DNA of 64,000 nucleotides from the IMG/VR virus record IMGVR_UViG_3300020577_013366, one strand, 5' to 3'. Below, piece by piece: positions 27,699 through 36,954 of this stretch (the stretch's first letter is position 1; each line of letters starts with the position of its first letter). The stretch comes from an uncultured virus (IMG/VR IMGVR_UViG_3300020577_013366). Lineage: Duplodnaviria > Heunggongvirae > Uroviricota > Caudoviricetes. A program made the translations under genes and the position numbers. Under the pieces are notes generated by a model that worked only from the letters and a program-made list of their open reading frames with translations, did not search any database and was not told where the DNA came from.

Positions 27699-28067
27699 CT
27701 ACCGGGCCCTCCGTCGATCCGCAGCGGCGGCGAGGCGGGCGCGCTCGCTCGCGTCGAGCTGCATGGCCCGCCCGCCCTCGGCGGCGTAGACCTCGGCGGC
27801 GTCCTCGGCCCCGAGCAGGTCGATCGCGTCCACGACCGCGCGGCCGCCAGCGCCCGACGCCTCGGCGCGCCAGCGGCGGATTTCGGTCGCTGCTTTCGCC
27901 GCGGTGACGTGGCCGAACCCATCCTGCAGGCGGCACTCGCGGATGACGCCGCGGGCGAGGACGATCGGCGTGTCGCGGCGGGTGTCAGCGGCCATCGCCT
28001 CGCTGAGGCCGACGATACAGGTCTTGTGCCGGCCGATGCGGGCGCAATTTGGGGTGCATTGAGTCAC
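27699..28067 (-). CDS. Hypothetical protein
   Basis: ORF in operon. Confidence 0.55.
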   Translation of the reverse strand: MTQCTPNCARIGRHKTCIVGLSEAMAADTRRDTPIVLARGVIRECRLQDGFGHVTAAKAATEIRRWRAEASGAGGRAVVDAIDLLGAEDAAEVYAAEGGRAMQLDASERARLAAAADRRRAR

Positions 28068-28255
28068 GGCGTGGTGTTCTTTCGGTCAGGTGTCAGACGG
28101 CGGCGAAGATCGGCTTCCCAGCGCTCGGCACTTGCGCGCGATGCTTCGGCATCCTCGGGGCGGCCGAGCCGTTCGTAGCGCTCGGCCGCATCTTGATCGC
28201 CAGCGATCGATCTGCGGATCCGCGCGGCAAAGGCATGAAGGTTCTCGCGGGCCAT
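28064..28255 (-). CDS. Small hypothetical protein
   Basis: AAAGGA RBS. Confidence 0.55.
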   Translation of the reverse strand: MARENLHAFAARIRRSIAGDQDAAERYERLGRPEDAEASRASAERWEADLRRRLTPDRKNTTP

Positions 28256-28270
28256 GGCGTGTCCTTTCGG

Positions 28271-28501
28271 TCAGGTCAGGCGGTAGCCGCCGTCCGCATC
28301 GACGTGGCCGCGGATGTAGCCCTGCTCGTCGCGCAGGATGAGCGGGAGCCCGAGGTCGCGGGCCAGGTCGCGTGCGCTGGCGAGGGTGCGGACGAGATCC
28401 TCCTCGGTGGCGTGCACAGCCCAGTCGTTGGCGGCCTCCGTCGCGGGATCGACGGTGATCGAGTAGGTGGTCTCGGCGGGCTCGATGGGGAGGGGCTGCA
28501 T
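28271..28501 (-). CDS. Small hypothetical protein
   Basis: GAGGA RBS. Confidence 0.6.
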   Translation of the reverse strand: MQPLPIEPAETTYSITVDPATEAANDWAVHATEEDLVRTLASARDLARDLGLPLILRDEQGYIRGHVDADGGYRLT

Positions 28502-28516
28502 GGCTGGTTCCTCGGG

Positions 28517-28987
28517 TCAGGTGGCGGTCTTGATGAAATAGGCCTTGGCGTCGCCCGGGTTTTTCCAGCCGGGGAAGGAGCGGCCCCACAACTCGCCGCC
28601 CTTCGCCACCTGCCAATCCGAGAACGAGTCGCTGTTCTCGACGGTCGGCATGATGTCGCGCGGATCGGCGTACAGGGTCGCGTAGAACTGCTCTTGTGGG
28701 ACTTGGGAGAAGCCAGGCGGGACGGGGAAGGTGCTCACACCCCGAAAGCCCCGGCCCTCTCGGGTGCGGGACGATGGTGGCGTGAGAGCCAGAAGCTGGG
28801 CGAGCCGATCGGGGTTCCGGACCGCGCACCAGCCGAGCCCGCCAGCAGCCTGGCGCCGGTGCTGGGCGATGATGCGTGGCTGGTCGTGCGCGTCGTGCCC
28901 GGCCTCGATGCGCCAGCGGTACTCCTTGGCCACCAGCTCGCCGTCCACATCGACGTCGAGCCTGGCGGTGTAGGGCCACTCGCTCAT
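28517..28987 (-). CDS. Hypothetical protein
   Basis: MSEWPY start overlaps upstream stop. Confidence 0.55.
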   Translation of the reverse strand: MSEWPYTARLDVDVDGELVAKEYRWRIEAGHDAHDQPRIIAQHRRQAAGGLGWCAVRNPDRLAQLLALTPPSSRTREGRGFRGVSTFPVPPGFSQVPQEQFYATLYADPRDIMPTVENSDSFSDWQVAKGGELWGRSFPGWKNPGDAKAYFIKTAT

Positions 28988-29511
28988 GACCACGACCGCC
29001 CCACGTCGCTGGGGGCGCAGTAGGGCGTGACGATGACCGGCTTCGTCGGCCCTCGCAGCATGGCCTCGAGCAACCGGACCTGCCGCTCGAGATGCTCGGC
29101 GATCCAGTCCCGGAGGCGCCAGGGCTGCGACGGCCAGACGATGCGGCGGATGTGCAGCAGGGCGCGGGCCAGCTCGAGCGCCTCGGCGGGCGGGAGCTCC
29201 CGCGCGGGCGTGGGGCCGGTGAGCTTGAACGACCATCGGCGGTCCCGCTCATCGAGAAGCCGGGTCGGGGCGTCCTCGTTGAAAGCGCCTGCCCAGCCGA
29301 GGACCATCGTGTAGCCGAGCGCCTCGAGCATGGTCAGGCCGCGAGGGAAGGCCTCGGCGGTCTCGTGGGAGATCCAGAACTCGCCGCGGGGCTGGAGGCG
29401 GACGAGGTTGCCATCGATCGCGCGGTGGATCTCCGCGCGGGTTTGGCCGTGGGCGAGCACGTGGCCGATGGTGGCGAGGGCGGCGAGGGTTTCGGGGCTG
29501 GCTGCGGGCAT
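28984..29511 (-). CDS. Hypothetical protein
   Basis: AAGGAG RBS. Confidence 0.6.
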   Translation of the reverse strand: MPAASPETLAALATIGHVLAHGQTRAEIHRAIDGNLVRLQPRGEFWISHETAEAFPRGLTMLEALGYTMVLGWAGAFNEDAPTRLLDERDRRWSFKLTGPTPARELPPAEALELARALLHIRRIVWPSQPWRLRDWIAEHLERQVRLLEAMLRGPTKPVIVTPYCAPSDVGRSWS

Positions 29512-29583
29512 GGGAGACTCCTTGCGCGCCTTGAGCCCCGTGCCGCGAGGCTACGGGGCGAGATCATGGACGAGAGCGACTCG

Positions 29584-30156
29584 TCACCAGCCGCAAGGGT
29601 TACCAGCAACCCCATTGGCTCCGCCGACCCACTCTGCGAGCGGCCTGGCTTCCGGATTGGCGCCGAGGAAACAGCCCCACTCCTGCGAGTTGTAGCCACA
29701 TTTTGCGGCGAACCCATTATCGCAGGAGATATCGCAGAGGCCCTCCCCTCCACCGAGGTCCTTGTGGAGGATCGTGCATCCCGGGAATTCGGTCCCGCCG
29801 GGATACCCGAATTCGGCGGGGAGCCGCCCGTCGTACTCCCCGCACTCGCCGTCGTCCGTGCACCACGAGAACTCACCGTCGCACAGCGAGGCGGTGATGC
29901 CCGGCCCGTCGATGTCGATGCACCCGACCTCGTCGCAGGACGTGCACCACTGGCCGGTGCATGACGGCGGGGTCGGCTCGCAGGTGTTGCTGTCGTCGGG
30001 CTTGGGTGGCGGCTTCGAGCTCCAGCACTTGGAGGACCACACGACGCCGAACTCGAGCGACGCGGTGGAGCATGGGCACTGGCGGATGATGTGGGGCGAT
30101 GCGGACCCCATGAACACGGCAGCGATGGCGGTGATGAATTGCAGCATATTTTCCAT
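29584..30156 (-). CDS. Cys-rich secreted protein
   Basis: Signal-like N-terminus; many Cys; Gly/Asp rich. Confidence 0.65.
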   Translation of the reverse strand: MENMLQFITAIAAVFMGSASPHIIRQCPCSTASLEFGVVWSSKCWSSKPPPKPDDSNTCEPTPPSCTGQWCTSCDEVGCIDIDGPGITASLCDGEFSWCTDDGECGEYDGRLPAEFGYPGGTEFPGCTILHKDLGGGEGLCDISCDNGFAAKCGYNSQEWGCFLGANPEARPLAEWVGGANGVAGNPCGW

Positions 30157-30247
30157 TCGTCGCCGTTCGCCGGGGCGACATGCCCCGCCCAGCCCACACC
30201 ACGCGGAGGTGGCGACCTGTGAGCCTGCCCGCCGGAGCGGGCAAGGA

Positions 30248-30691
30248 CTACGCAGCTCGACGCGCCTGATAGGCCGCGCTCGCCGGATCCAATGCCAGCA
30301 CCGCGGCGAGGGCGGCCTGGTACGTCGGCCAGACCCAGACGTACAGCTGCGGGGTCGTCCCCGGCTCTGCGACGACGCGGGCGGCGAAGCGACCTCCGAG
30401 GCCGAACTGTTCCTTCATCCAGCGGCCGAGGGCCGTCGTGGGAGCATCTTCGGGCCCCCACCCCCAGCATGCGGAATCGTCCCATTCGATCGTGAAGCCC
30501 TGTACAGGCTCCCACGAGGGGCGGCTGTGGATGACCAGGGAGGCATCGTATTTGGCGCACAGTCGGTCGTACTCGGACCTGGCGGCGGAGAGGGCAGCCG
30601 CTGCAAGGCGAGCGTCGGAGGCCTCGCGGTCGCGGCGGACGCGGTCGGAGGCGGCGGAGACGAGGGAGCGGAGATGGGCGGGAAGGGACAC
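30248..30691 (-). CDS. Hypothetical early protein
   Basis: ORF downstream of strong promoter. Confidence 0.55.
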   Translation of the reverse strand: MSLPAHLRSLVSAASDRVRRDREASDARLAAAALSAARSEYDRLCAKYDASLVIHSRPSWEPVQGFTIEWDDSACWGWGPEDAPTTALGRWMKEQFGLGGRFAARVVAEPGTTPQLYVWVWPTYQAALAAVLALDPASAAYQARRAA

Positions 30692-30773
30692 GATGGACCT
30701 GCTTTCTTGTTCTGGTTGCTTGATCTGTCAGTCGCTCGTCAGCCCGATCGATCGGTCGGGCGAGCAGGAAATG

Positions 30774-31106
30774 TCAGACGACCACGTCGATGGTGCGGTC
30801 GGCTTCGCTGTAGGAGATCACGAGATCGCCCGTCGCTCGAAGGGCGGCCTGGAAGCCGCGGTCACGCCCGACGACAGCCCGGAGGGCGTGCCCGTAGTGA
30901 CCGCCGCCGTCGCCGCAGTCGACCTGGACGTAGTCCTCCCCGCGGTAGATCCGAACGATGCCGGTATCGGTGCCCTCCCACACCCGCAGCGAGCGGACGT
31001 GGCTGCTGAGGGGACCAGGGAGCTCGGTCATGCGCTCGATCAACCAGTCGGCATACTGGCGGGCGGTAAGGGTCTTGGTGGTGGGGGCGGTCTGGGCGGT
31101 GGACAT
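30774..31106 (-). CDS. Hypothetical early protein
   Basis: ORF downstream of strong promoter. Confidence 0.6.
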   Translation of the reverse strand: MSTAQTAPTTKTLTARQYADWLIERMTELPGPLSSHVRSLRVWEGTDTGIVRIYRGEDYVQVDCGDGGGHYGHALRAVVGRDRGFQAALRATGDLVISYSEADRTIDVVV

Positions 31107-31130
31107 GGCGGTGGTCTCGGGCGGTGAGGG

Positions 31131-31391
31131 TCAGACGAGGCAGAGGTGACGGGCCGGGGCGGCCGGGGTGCGGGTGATGCCGGGGAGGGCGGCGCCGAGC
31201 ACCTCGCCCATCCGGCCGGGAACGTCGAGCAGCTCGAAGGCCTGGCCCGCGGCGTCCAGGGCGACCACCACATGATCGGCGCGGCGGCGAGCCGGGATGG
31301 TGCGGGCCGCGTCCGAGAACTCGGCGAAGCTGGCGGCGCCGAGGGTGCGGGTGGTCTCGTTCAGGACGGCGAAGTGAGCGGTGCGGGCCAT
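31131..31391 (-). CDS. Hypothetical early protein (leaderless)
   Basis: ATG 6 nt after -10 box. Confidence 0.6.
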   Translation of the reverse strand: MARTAHFAVLNETTRTLGAASFAEFSDAARTIPARRRADHVVVALDAAGQAFELLDVPGRMGEVLGAALPGITRTPAAPARHLCLV

Positions 31392-31397
31392 GCAGAG

Positions 31398-31438
31398 AAG
31401 CTAATCCCTCCTGTTCCGGCTGTCAACTATTTATTTTC
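31398..31438 (-). promoter_or_regulatory. Strong sigma70-type early promoter with UP element (copy 2)
   Basis: GAAAATAAATAG-TTGACA-N17-TAGCTT-N6-ATG. Confidence 0.85.
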
Positions 31439-31531
31439 TGTGCCGCGGAATGGGCCATGGCGAGCGCTCTCGACCCCGGCGGCGCCCCGCCTGTACACTT
31501 CCCCGGGGCATCGGCCCCAGGAGCCCCGCCC

Positions 31532-32440
31532 ATGTCGATCTCGCCCCGCGACCCTCAGACCCGCCTCGCCCTCTCCAAGTCGCTGTCCCAGCACGATCAG
31601 CGCTGCGCGGCCACCCTCGTCAACCTGCAGATCTGGAGCACGGCCATCATCGCCGCCGCCACGATCGGCGTGGACATCGACATCGACACGGACGTGATCC
31701 GCGGCTCGACCGCGACCGCGGCCGCCAACGTCGCCGTCACCCTGCCCCCCGGCTCCCCGGAGATCATCGGCCACGTCTACGAGGCCGAGAAAACGAACAG
31801 CGACGCCTACACGTTCGGCTTCGCCTGCGCCGGCAGCGACACCTTCGACGATGCCGCGACCAGCTTCGCGCAGGCCACCCAGTTCGGCACCGTCCGGACC
31901 TACTGGAACGGGACCGTGTGGCGCAAGCTCGCGGCGGGCGCCACCGGCGGAGCTCTCCCGCCCGCCAGCTCCGGCGTCCTCGGCGATGGCACCGGGTCGC
32001 CGTCGCTCACCATGAACAAGTCGGCGGGCGGCACGGACTCGATCGCCCTCCACGCGGCGAGCGTGCTGCGCGGCCTGCTGCAGCTCACCGCGGCGGAGGA
32101 CCTGGTCATCTCGGTCTACGACACGGACGGCGTGACGCTGCTCGGGTCGCTGACCTTCAACCACACCACCGGTGCGCTCACCTCCTCCAAGGGAGTCACG
32201 GTCACCTCGGGCGGCCTCGTGGTCACCGCTGGTGGCGCGACGATCACGGCGGGCGGGTTGACGGTGACCGCCGGCGGCCTCGCGCTCGTCGCCGGCAACA
32301 TGATCCTCACCTCCGGGGTCCGGCTGGTCGGCAACGTGCCCTCCGCGGCGGACGACGCGGCCGCTGCGGCGCTCAGCCCCACGGTCCCGGTCGGCGGCCT
32401 CTACCACACCGCTGGCGCCGTCAAGCAGCGCCTCGCGTAG
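31532..32440 (+). CDS. Fibre-like virion structural protein with 7-aa beta repeats
   Basis: AGGAG RBS; GVTVTSG-GLVVTAG-GATITAG-GLTVTAG-GLALVAG repeats; C-terminal VPVGGLYHT. Confidence 0.65.
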   Translation: MSISPRDPQTRLALSKSLSQHDQRCAATLVNLQIWSTAIIAAATIGVDIDIDTDVIRGSTATAAANVAVTLPPGSPEIIGHVYEAEKTNSDAYTFGFACAGSDTFDDAATSFAQATQFGTVRTYWNGTVWRKLAAGATGGALPPASSGVLGDGTGSPSLTMNKSAGGTDSIALHAASVLRGLLQLTAAEDLVISVYDTDGVTLLGSLTFNHTTGALTSSKGVTVTSGGLVVTAGGATITAGGLTVTAGGLALVAGNMILTSGVRLVGNVPSAADDAAAAALSPTVPVGGLYHTAGAVKQRLA

Positions 32441-32891
32441 CAGCGGCGAGAGTTGCCTGCGCGGCTGCACGAGCCGCGATATAGATGGGGTCGCCAGCGA
32501 GGCTGGCGGCCCTTTTCAGCGCGTACATCACCGTGGTGTGGTCGTGGCCCGTGAACATGGCGATGCGCGGCAGCGACAGGTTCGCCTCGCGCAGGACCAC
32601 CCACGCGGCGACGCGGGGCACTTGCGCGTTGGGTCGGCGGCTGTGCAAGTCCTTCTCGCCGGCGGTGGCCAAGGCGGCGAGGATCACCTGCGGCCCGATG
32701 ACGAGGACCGACCGCGTCGCTGGCGAGACCACGCCGCGCTTGACGTCCGCATCCGGCCGGCCGATGCGGCGCACCGACGTCGGAGTACCAGCGAGGCAAA
32801 TCCACGCCTCGCTGGCGGCCCGGTCGCGGGTGCTCTCGGCGACGATGCACCAGCGGCCGTCGCGGCTCGCCTCGTAGAGGGTGAGGCTCAT
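32421..32891 (-). CDS. Protein with DnaA domain IV (Bac_DnaA_C) helix-turn-helix
   Basis: LSLPRIAMFTGHDHTTVMYA resembles the DnaA signature SLP.IG..FG.RDHTTV.HA. Confidence 0.75.
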   Translation of the reverse strand: MSLTLYEASRDGRWCIVAESTRDRAASEAWICLAGTPTSVRRIGRPDADVKRGVVSPATRSVLVIGPQVILAALATAGEKDLHSRRPNAQVPRVAAWVVLREANLSLPRIAMFTGHDHTTVMYALKRAASLAGDPIYIAARAAAQATLAAATRGAA

Positions 32892-33739
32892 GAGGAGTCT
32901 CCCGCAGGTTCGGCCATCGCCGACAGCATCGCGTCGATGGTGTCCCTGGTCGTTCGAAGCTTGTTCTCCAGCTCCGCCCTCCCGCGGTGACGGATGAGCG
33001 CGATGGCCTCGATGAGTTGCTCCTGGGTCGGCGGGGTCGGGCTCGGCGGGTGCCACGAGCGCCGGCCCGTCGCGGCGTCCGCCACCTGCCGCCAGATCTC
33101 CCACCAGCGGCCGGCGTCCTGCTCGACCAGCCTCCGCGAGGCGGCGAGCACCTGCTGCTGCTCCTGCACCTTGGCGAGCTCGGCGTCCATCTTCGCCCGG
33201 GCCTTCTCCACCGCGGCCGCGGCCCGGATGTCGATGTCGGCCTGGGTGACCTCGGCGCCGTCGAAGATGTAGTGGCGCTTCTGGTAGGCCAGGTCGCGCT
33301 CCATCAACCGGCGGATGGCGCAGACGGCCAGCGGCTCAGGGATGGGGCCGACCTCACGATGCCGCGGCTTCACCAGGGCGCGCAGGCCCTCGCCCGACAC
33401 CTGCAGCAGACCCCACGGCTCGGGGATCTCCCGGGCGACGCACACCCCGGTCGGGACGACGAAGAAAACTTGGTGGCACACCGCCTCGAGCGCGGCGCGC
33501 TTCTTGTGGTCCTCGAGCTCGCGGGCGAAGTCGCTGCGGCTCACCTTCACCTCGAAGCCGAGCCGCACGAATTTGCTGCTCGGCCAGCAGTTGAAGGCGA
33601 CCGCGTCGAAGCGCCGACTCGATCCCGCGCCGGTGCTGTCCTGGAGCTCTTCGAGCAACGCCCACTCCGGCGGGTGGTAGCGGGCATGCAGCAGAGCGAC
33701 GATGCCGGCGGCGTTCGGGCCCGGGGTCACGAGGCTCAC
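32888..33739 (-). CDS. MmcB-like PD-(D/E)XK nuclease
   Basis: RRFDAVA...GFEVKVSRSDF..EL...K, FFVVP, EIPEPWGL. Confidence 0.75.
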   Translation of the reverse strand: MSLVTPGPNAAGIVALLHARYHPPEWALLEELQDSTGAGSSRRFDAVAFNCWPSSKFVRLGFEVKVSRSDFARELEDHKKRAALEAVCHQVFFVVPTGVCVAREIPEPWGLLQVSGEGLRALVKPRHREVGPIPEPLAVCAIRRLMERDLAYQKRHYIFDGAEVTQADIDIRAAAAVEKARAKMDAELAKVQEQQQVLAASRRLVEQDAGRWWEIWRQVADAATGRRSWHPPSPTPPTQEQLIEAIALIRHRGRAELENKLRTTRDTIDAMLSAMAEPAGDSS

Positions 33740-34122
33740 GACGGCAAGTCCCCCCGCCGGCGCATGGCGACGATGGTGGCGACCTCGGGGCTGTCGGCGG
33801 CCGCCTGCACCTCCGCCGCCTGCGAGAGGAGCTGCTGGCGAAGATGCGCGGCGCGCTGGAGGTAGTCGATCTCGAACATGCCGGAGAACACCTGCCTGGC
33901 GAAGTCGTCCACCATCACCCGGTCGCGCTCCATGCACTCGTGCTCGAACAGCATGCGGCAGAGCACCATGGCGCGGTCCGTGTCGCCCTCCTCGAAGGCC
34001 TTGTGGATCTCCTCGAGGCCGACTGAGAACCACAGGTGGAGCTGCGCGATGGCGGCGATCGCCTCGTGGGTGAAACGGATGACCGTCTGCGGCGCGGGCG
34101 GCTTCTCGTCGTTGCTCACCAT
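33736..34122 (-). CDS. Hypothetical protein
   Basis: Coupled ORF. Confidence 0.55.
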   Translation of the reverse strand: MVSNDEKPPAPQTVIRFTHEAIAAIAQLHLWFSVGLEEIHKAFEEGDTDRAMVLCRMLFEHECMERDRVMVDDFARQVFSGMFEIDYLQRAAHLRQQLLSQAAEVQAAADSPEVATIVAMRRRGDLPS

Positions 34123-35267
34123 CCCCGCCTCGCCTTCTTGGCGGCGCGCGAGCGGTTGCGCTTCGCCGGTTGCTCAACAGGTGCGCCGGCCATCGCAAGC
34201 TCGGCGTGACGCGCTCGAAGGGCTTTCTCCTCCCGGCGTCGCTCGGCCCTCGCCTCGCGGAGCTCGCGGCGGCGATTCATCTCGCACCACTCGCAGGTGC
34301 CAGCTTGGACGCAGGTGCAGCGGCCGGCGGGGTGGAGGGCGCGGTCGATGCCAACCACGACCGGCGAACGCTCCGCCTCGGTCGGCGGCGCCTCCATATC
34401 GCCGAGCCCGGGCAGGGCCTCCCGCAGCCGCGACCACTGCTCGGGCGTGGGGACGACAACACCTCGCTCGAATTCGCCGACCTGGGTCGGCGTCATGCCG
34501 GCGTAGGCGGCGAGGATGCGAAGCGGCTCCCCGACGCGCTCGCGCTCGTCCCGGAGCTGGCGGCCGGGCCCGCGGCGGCCGGTGACCTCGAGGACGCGCA
34601 TCGCCCCGACCTCGGCAGGCGAGGTCAGCTTGCCGCGCTGCATAGCCTCCTCGTACCACCTGTTGATCTTCGCGCGCTGCCCAGCGGTTGGCTCCGCCGG
34701 CACCAGGTCGTCGTGGACCACGAGCTCGCGCCTCTTTGTCAGGCGCTGGACCGACTCGGTCTGGCGTTGTGCTGCCTCGGCCTGGCGCTGGACCATGCCG
34801 CCAGCCCAGCGGACTTGAGCATCCCGCAGCAGGCCCTCGAGGTGGCGCTGCGGGTTGAGCTCGAGCGCATCAGTCATGGCCCACGACGCTCGTTCGAGCA
34901 GGAGGTTGTGGTGCACATAGGACGTGTCTCTCCGCAAGCGACGGGCCCACATCACCGACGCAGCGAAGCTGAACAGCGACCGCGCGCGGCAGGCCACTTT
35001 GTAGCGGCGGAGCCGGGTCGGGGCGGCCCCGGCGTAGCCGGCGATGCTCCGGCAGCGCTCGGTGTGCTCCATCAGCGCGACCCGGGCGTACTCGTCGAAG
35101 GGCCACGGCTCGCACTCGGCCTTGGCCTGCACGTCTCGGGGCCGGACTCCGATGCGGCGGAGCTCGTCGCACAGTTCGAGCATCCGACGCTGGTAGGGGG
35201 TGAGCGGGTCGAGCGCGCCGAGGGAGACCAGCGCGGTGAGCATGGCGCCCGGGTAGCCGCGGATCAT
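34116..35267 (-). CDS. Protein with XRE-family HTH domain
   Basis: GRQLRDERERVG..LRILAAYAGMTPTQVGEFERG...PT. Confidence 0.65.
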   Translation of the reverse strand: MIRGYPGAMLTALVSLGALDPLTPYQRRMLELCDELRRIGVRPRDVQAKAECEPWPFDEYARVALMEHTERCRSIAGYAGAAPTRLRRYKVACRARSLFSFAASVMWARRLRRDTSYVHHNLLLERASWAMTDALELNPQRHLEGLLRDAQVRWAGGMVQRQAEAAQRQTESVQRLTKRRELVVHDDLVPAEPTAGQRAKINRWYEEAMQRGKLTSPAEVGAMRVLEVTGRRGPGRQLRDERERVGEPLRILAAYAGMTPTQVGEFERGVVVPTPEQWSRLREALPGLGDMEAPPTEAERSPVVVGIDRALHPAGRCTCVQAGTCEWCEMNRRRELREARAERRREEKALRARHAELAMAGAPVEQPAKRNRSRAAKKARRGW

Positions 35268-35554
35268 TGGAGCCCCCAGACCAGCAGCGCGGCCGCGGCC
35301 GCGAGGACGAGGAGAGCACCGAGGGCGAGCAGATGCCGCCGCAGGGTGCGGCGCTGCTCGGGGATGACCCAGCGCAGTGCGCCGGCGGCGGTGGCGACGA
35401 GCGACGCGATGAGCAGGCCGAGGGTCCACGGCCCGACCGGTCCGCCGCGTGCGATCGTCATCATTGCGCCGACGCCGGCCATGGTGAGGAGGGCGGCGAA
35501 GGTGAGCAGCACGCCCTGGAGGACGAGCCGGGAGTCGCGTTCGGCGGGGGTCAC
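35264..35554 (-). CDS. Three-TM membrane protein
   Basis: Three hydrophobic segments; coupled overlaps. Confidence 0.6.
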   Translation of the reverse strand: MTPAERDSRLVLQGVLLTFAALLTMAGVGAMMTIARGGPVGPWTLGLLIASLVATAAGALRWVIPEQRRTLRRHLLALGALLVLAAAAALLVWGLQ

Positions 35555-36870
35555 TCGCCACCGTCCTGGTCGTCGCAGGCGTGCGAGTCAGCTGCATCTT
35601 CGGACAGGTCGCTGTCGAGGCGGTTCTCCGCGTCCGGGTCGTAGTTCCCGCCCTCGCTGACGTACTGGCTGGGGTGCGGCCACGGGTTCCCGCTTCCGTA
35701 GGGGGTCGCGGGCTCCTCGTTCGGATCAGCGAGGTCGCCATCGTCCGCTGCGTCCTCGGCGGCGTCGTTCTCGAGCTCCTGCGCCATCGCCCCGGCGATC
35801 TCCTCCGGGGTGGCGTTGACCTCGGGCATGCCGTCCCAGATGGACCCCGGCTCGATCTCGTGGGGCTCGAGCTTCGTCGGGGTGTGCGACGCGGTGCGGG
35901 CGATCTCGTGGCGGGTCCTGAGCTCCGAGTCGTACTCCCACCGGAACCCGGGCGCTGCCTGACTCGTGCCGTGCCACTCGTACGGCTGGTCGCCCGGGCG
36001 GAGGGGGACCTGCTGGCGGAGCAGCGTGGGGTCGATTCCGAGGTTCTCGAGCGTCGCCGGATCGCCTCCGGCTACCTCGAGCGAGCGCAGTTGCCCCGCG
36101 GGCATGCTGTCGTCCTCGTAGCGGAGGGCGTCCTGCAGCGTCCGATAGATGGCGGAGCGGTCGTGGTCGCTGGCCGCTGCGTGGGCGTCGAGGGCTTTGG
36201 CCTTCTCAACCTCCCGCATGACCTCCTTGTGCTTGAGCATCAGCAGGGCGAAGTCGCTGCTGCGCTTGTACTCGGCCACGTCACCGATGTGCACCAGCGC
36301 CACGTTGCCGCCGTCCTGGGGGTCGATGCTCAGGACCGGGCCCTCGGGGCCGGCGAACACCACCCCCACCGCCGGCCAGCACCGGATCGCCGGGGCCGAG
36401 TCGATGACCTCGCCACCGGTCCATCCGGGCTCAGCCGGCGGGGTCGTCGCTTTGGCATCGCGCTCGGCGGCCTCGGCGAAGGTCTGCAGCGCGGCCACGC
36501 TCTCCCGCAGGATGGTGACGATGTTGCGGATGCGCCCCCGACCGAGCACCACGTCCTCGCTGCTGGTCTCGCTGGCGGTCCGCTCGAGCTCGATGGCGGC
36601 GGTGAGCTGGCGGCCGACGATGTGTCCGGCGTCGCCGAGCCGCGCTCCGTGGACCGGGCCCTCCTCCTCGGGGCTCATGTACTTCGTCAGCTCGCCGAGG
36701 GCGGATATCGCATCCTTGCAGCGGGCCAGCGCCCCCTCGGCGCGCGCCGGCGGGCGGCCGTCCCCGAGGGCGACGGAGCGCTCGAGCGAGGGGAACTCCA
36801 TGGCGAGCATCTGCCAGCAGTTGCGCACGTGGAGGTAATAGCGGCTGGTGTCGGGCTTCTGGTCGCTCAT
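35551..36870 (-). CDS. Hypothetical protein with acidic C-terminus
   Basis: GGAG RBS; upstream TTGACG-N17-TACGAC. Confidence 0.65.
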   Translation of the reverse strand: MSDQKPDTSRYYLHVRNCWQMLAMEFPSLERSVALGDGRPPARAEGALARCKDAISALGELTKYMSPEEEGPVHGARLGDAGHIVGRQLTAAIELERTASETSSEDVVLGRGRIRNIVTILRESVAALQTFAEAAERDAKATTPPAEPGWTGGEVIDSAPAIRCWPAVGVVFAGPEGPVLSIDPQDGGNVALVHIGDVAEYKRSSDFALLMLKHKEVMREVEKAKALDAHAAASDHDRSAIYRTLQDALRYEDDSMPAGQLRSLEVAGGDPATLENLGIDPTLLRQQVPLRPGDQPYEWHGTSQAAPGFRWEYDSELRTRHEIARTASHTPTKLEPHEIEPGSIWDGMPEVNATPEEIAGAMAQELENDAAEDAADDGDLADPNEEPATPYGSGNPWPHPSQYVSEGGNYDPDAENRLDSDLSEDAADSHACDDQDGGE

Positions 36871-36954
36871 GGTCTGCTCCGTTTTCGCATGCCAGGCTGT
36901 TGCTGGCGCACATTTTCGGGCACGTCGTAGTCACCGCGCCTGGCGGCGTCAACC

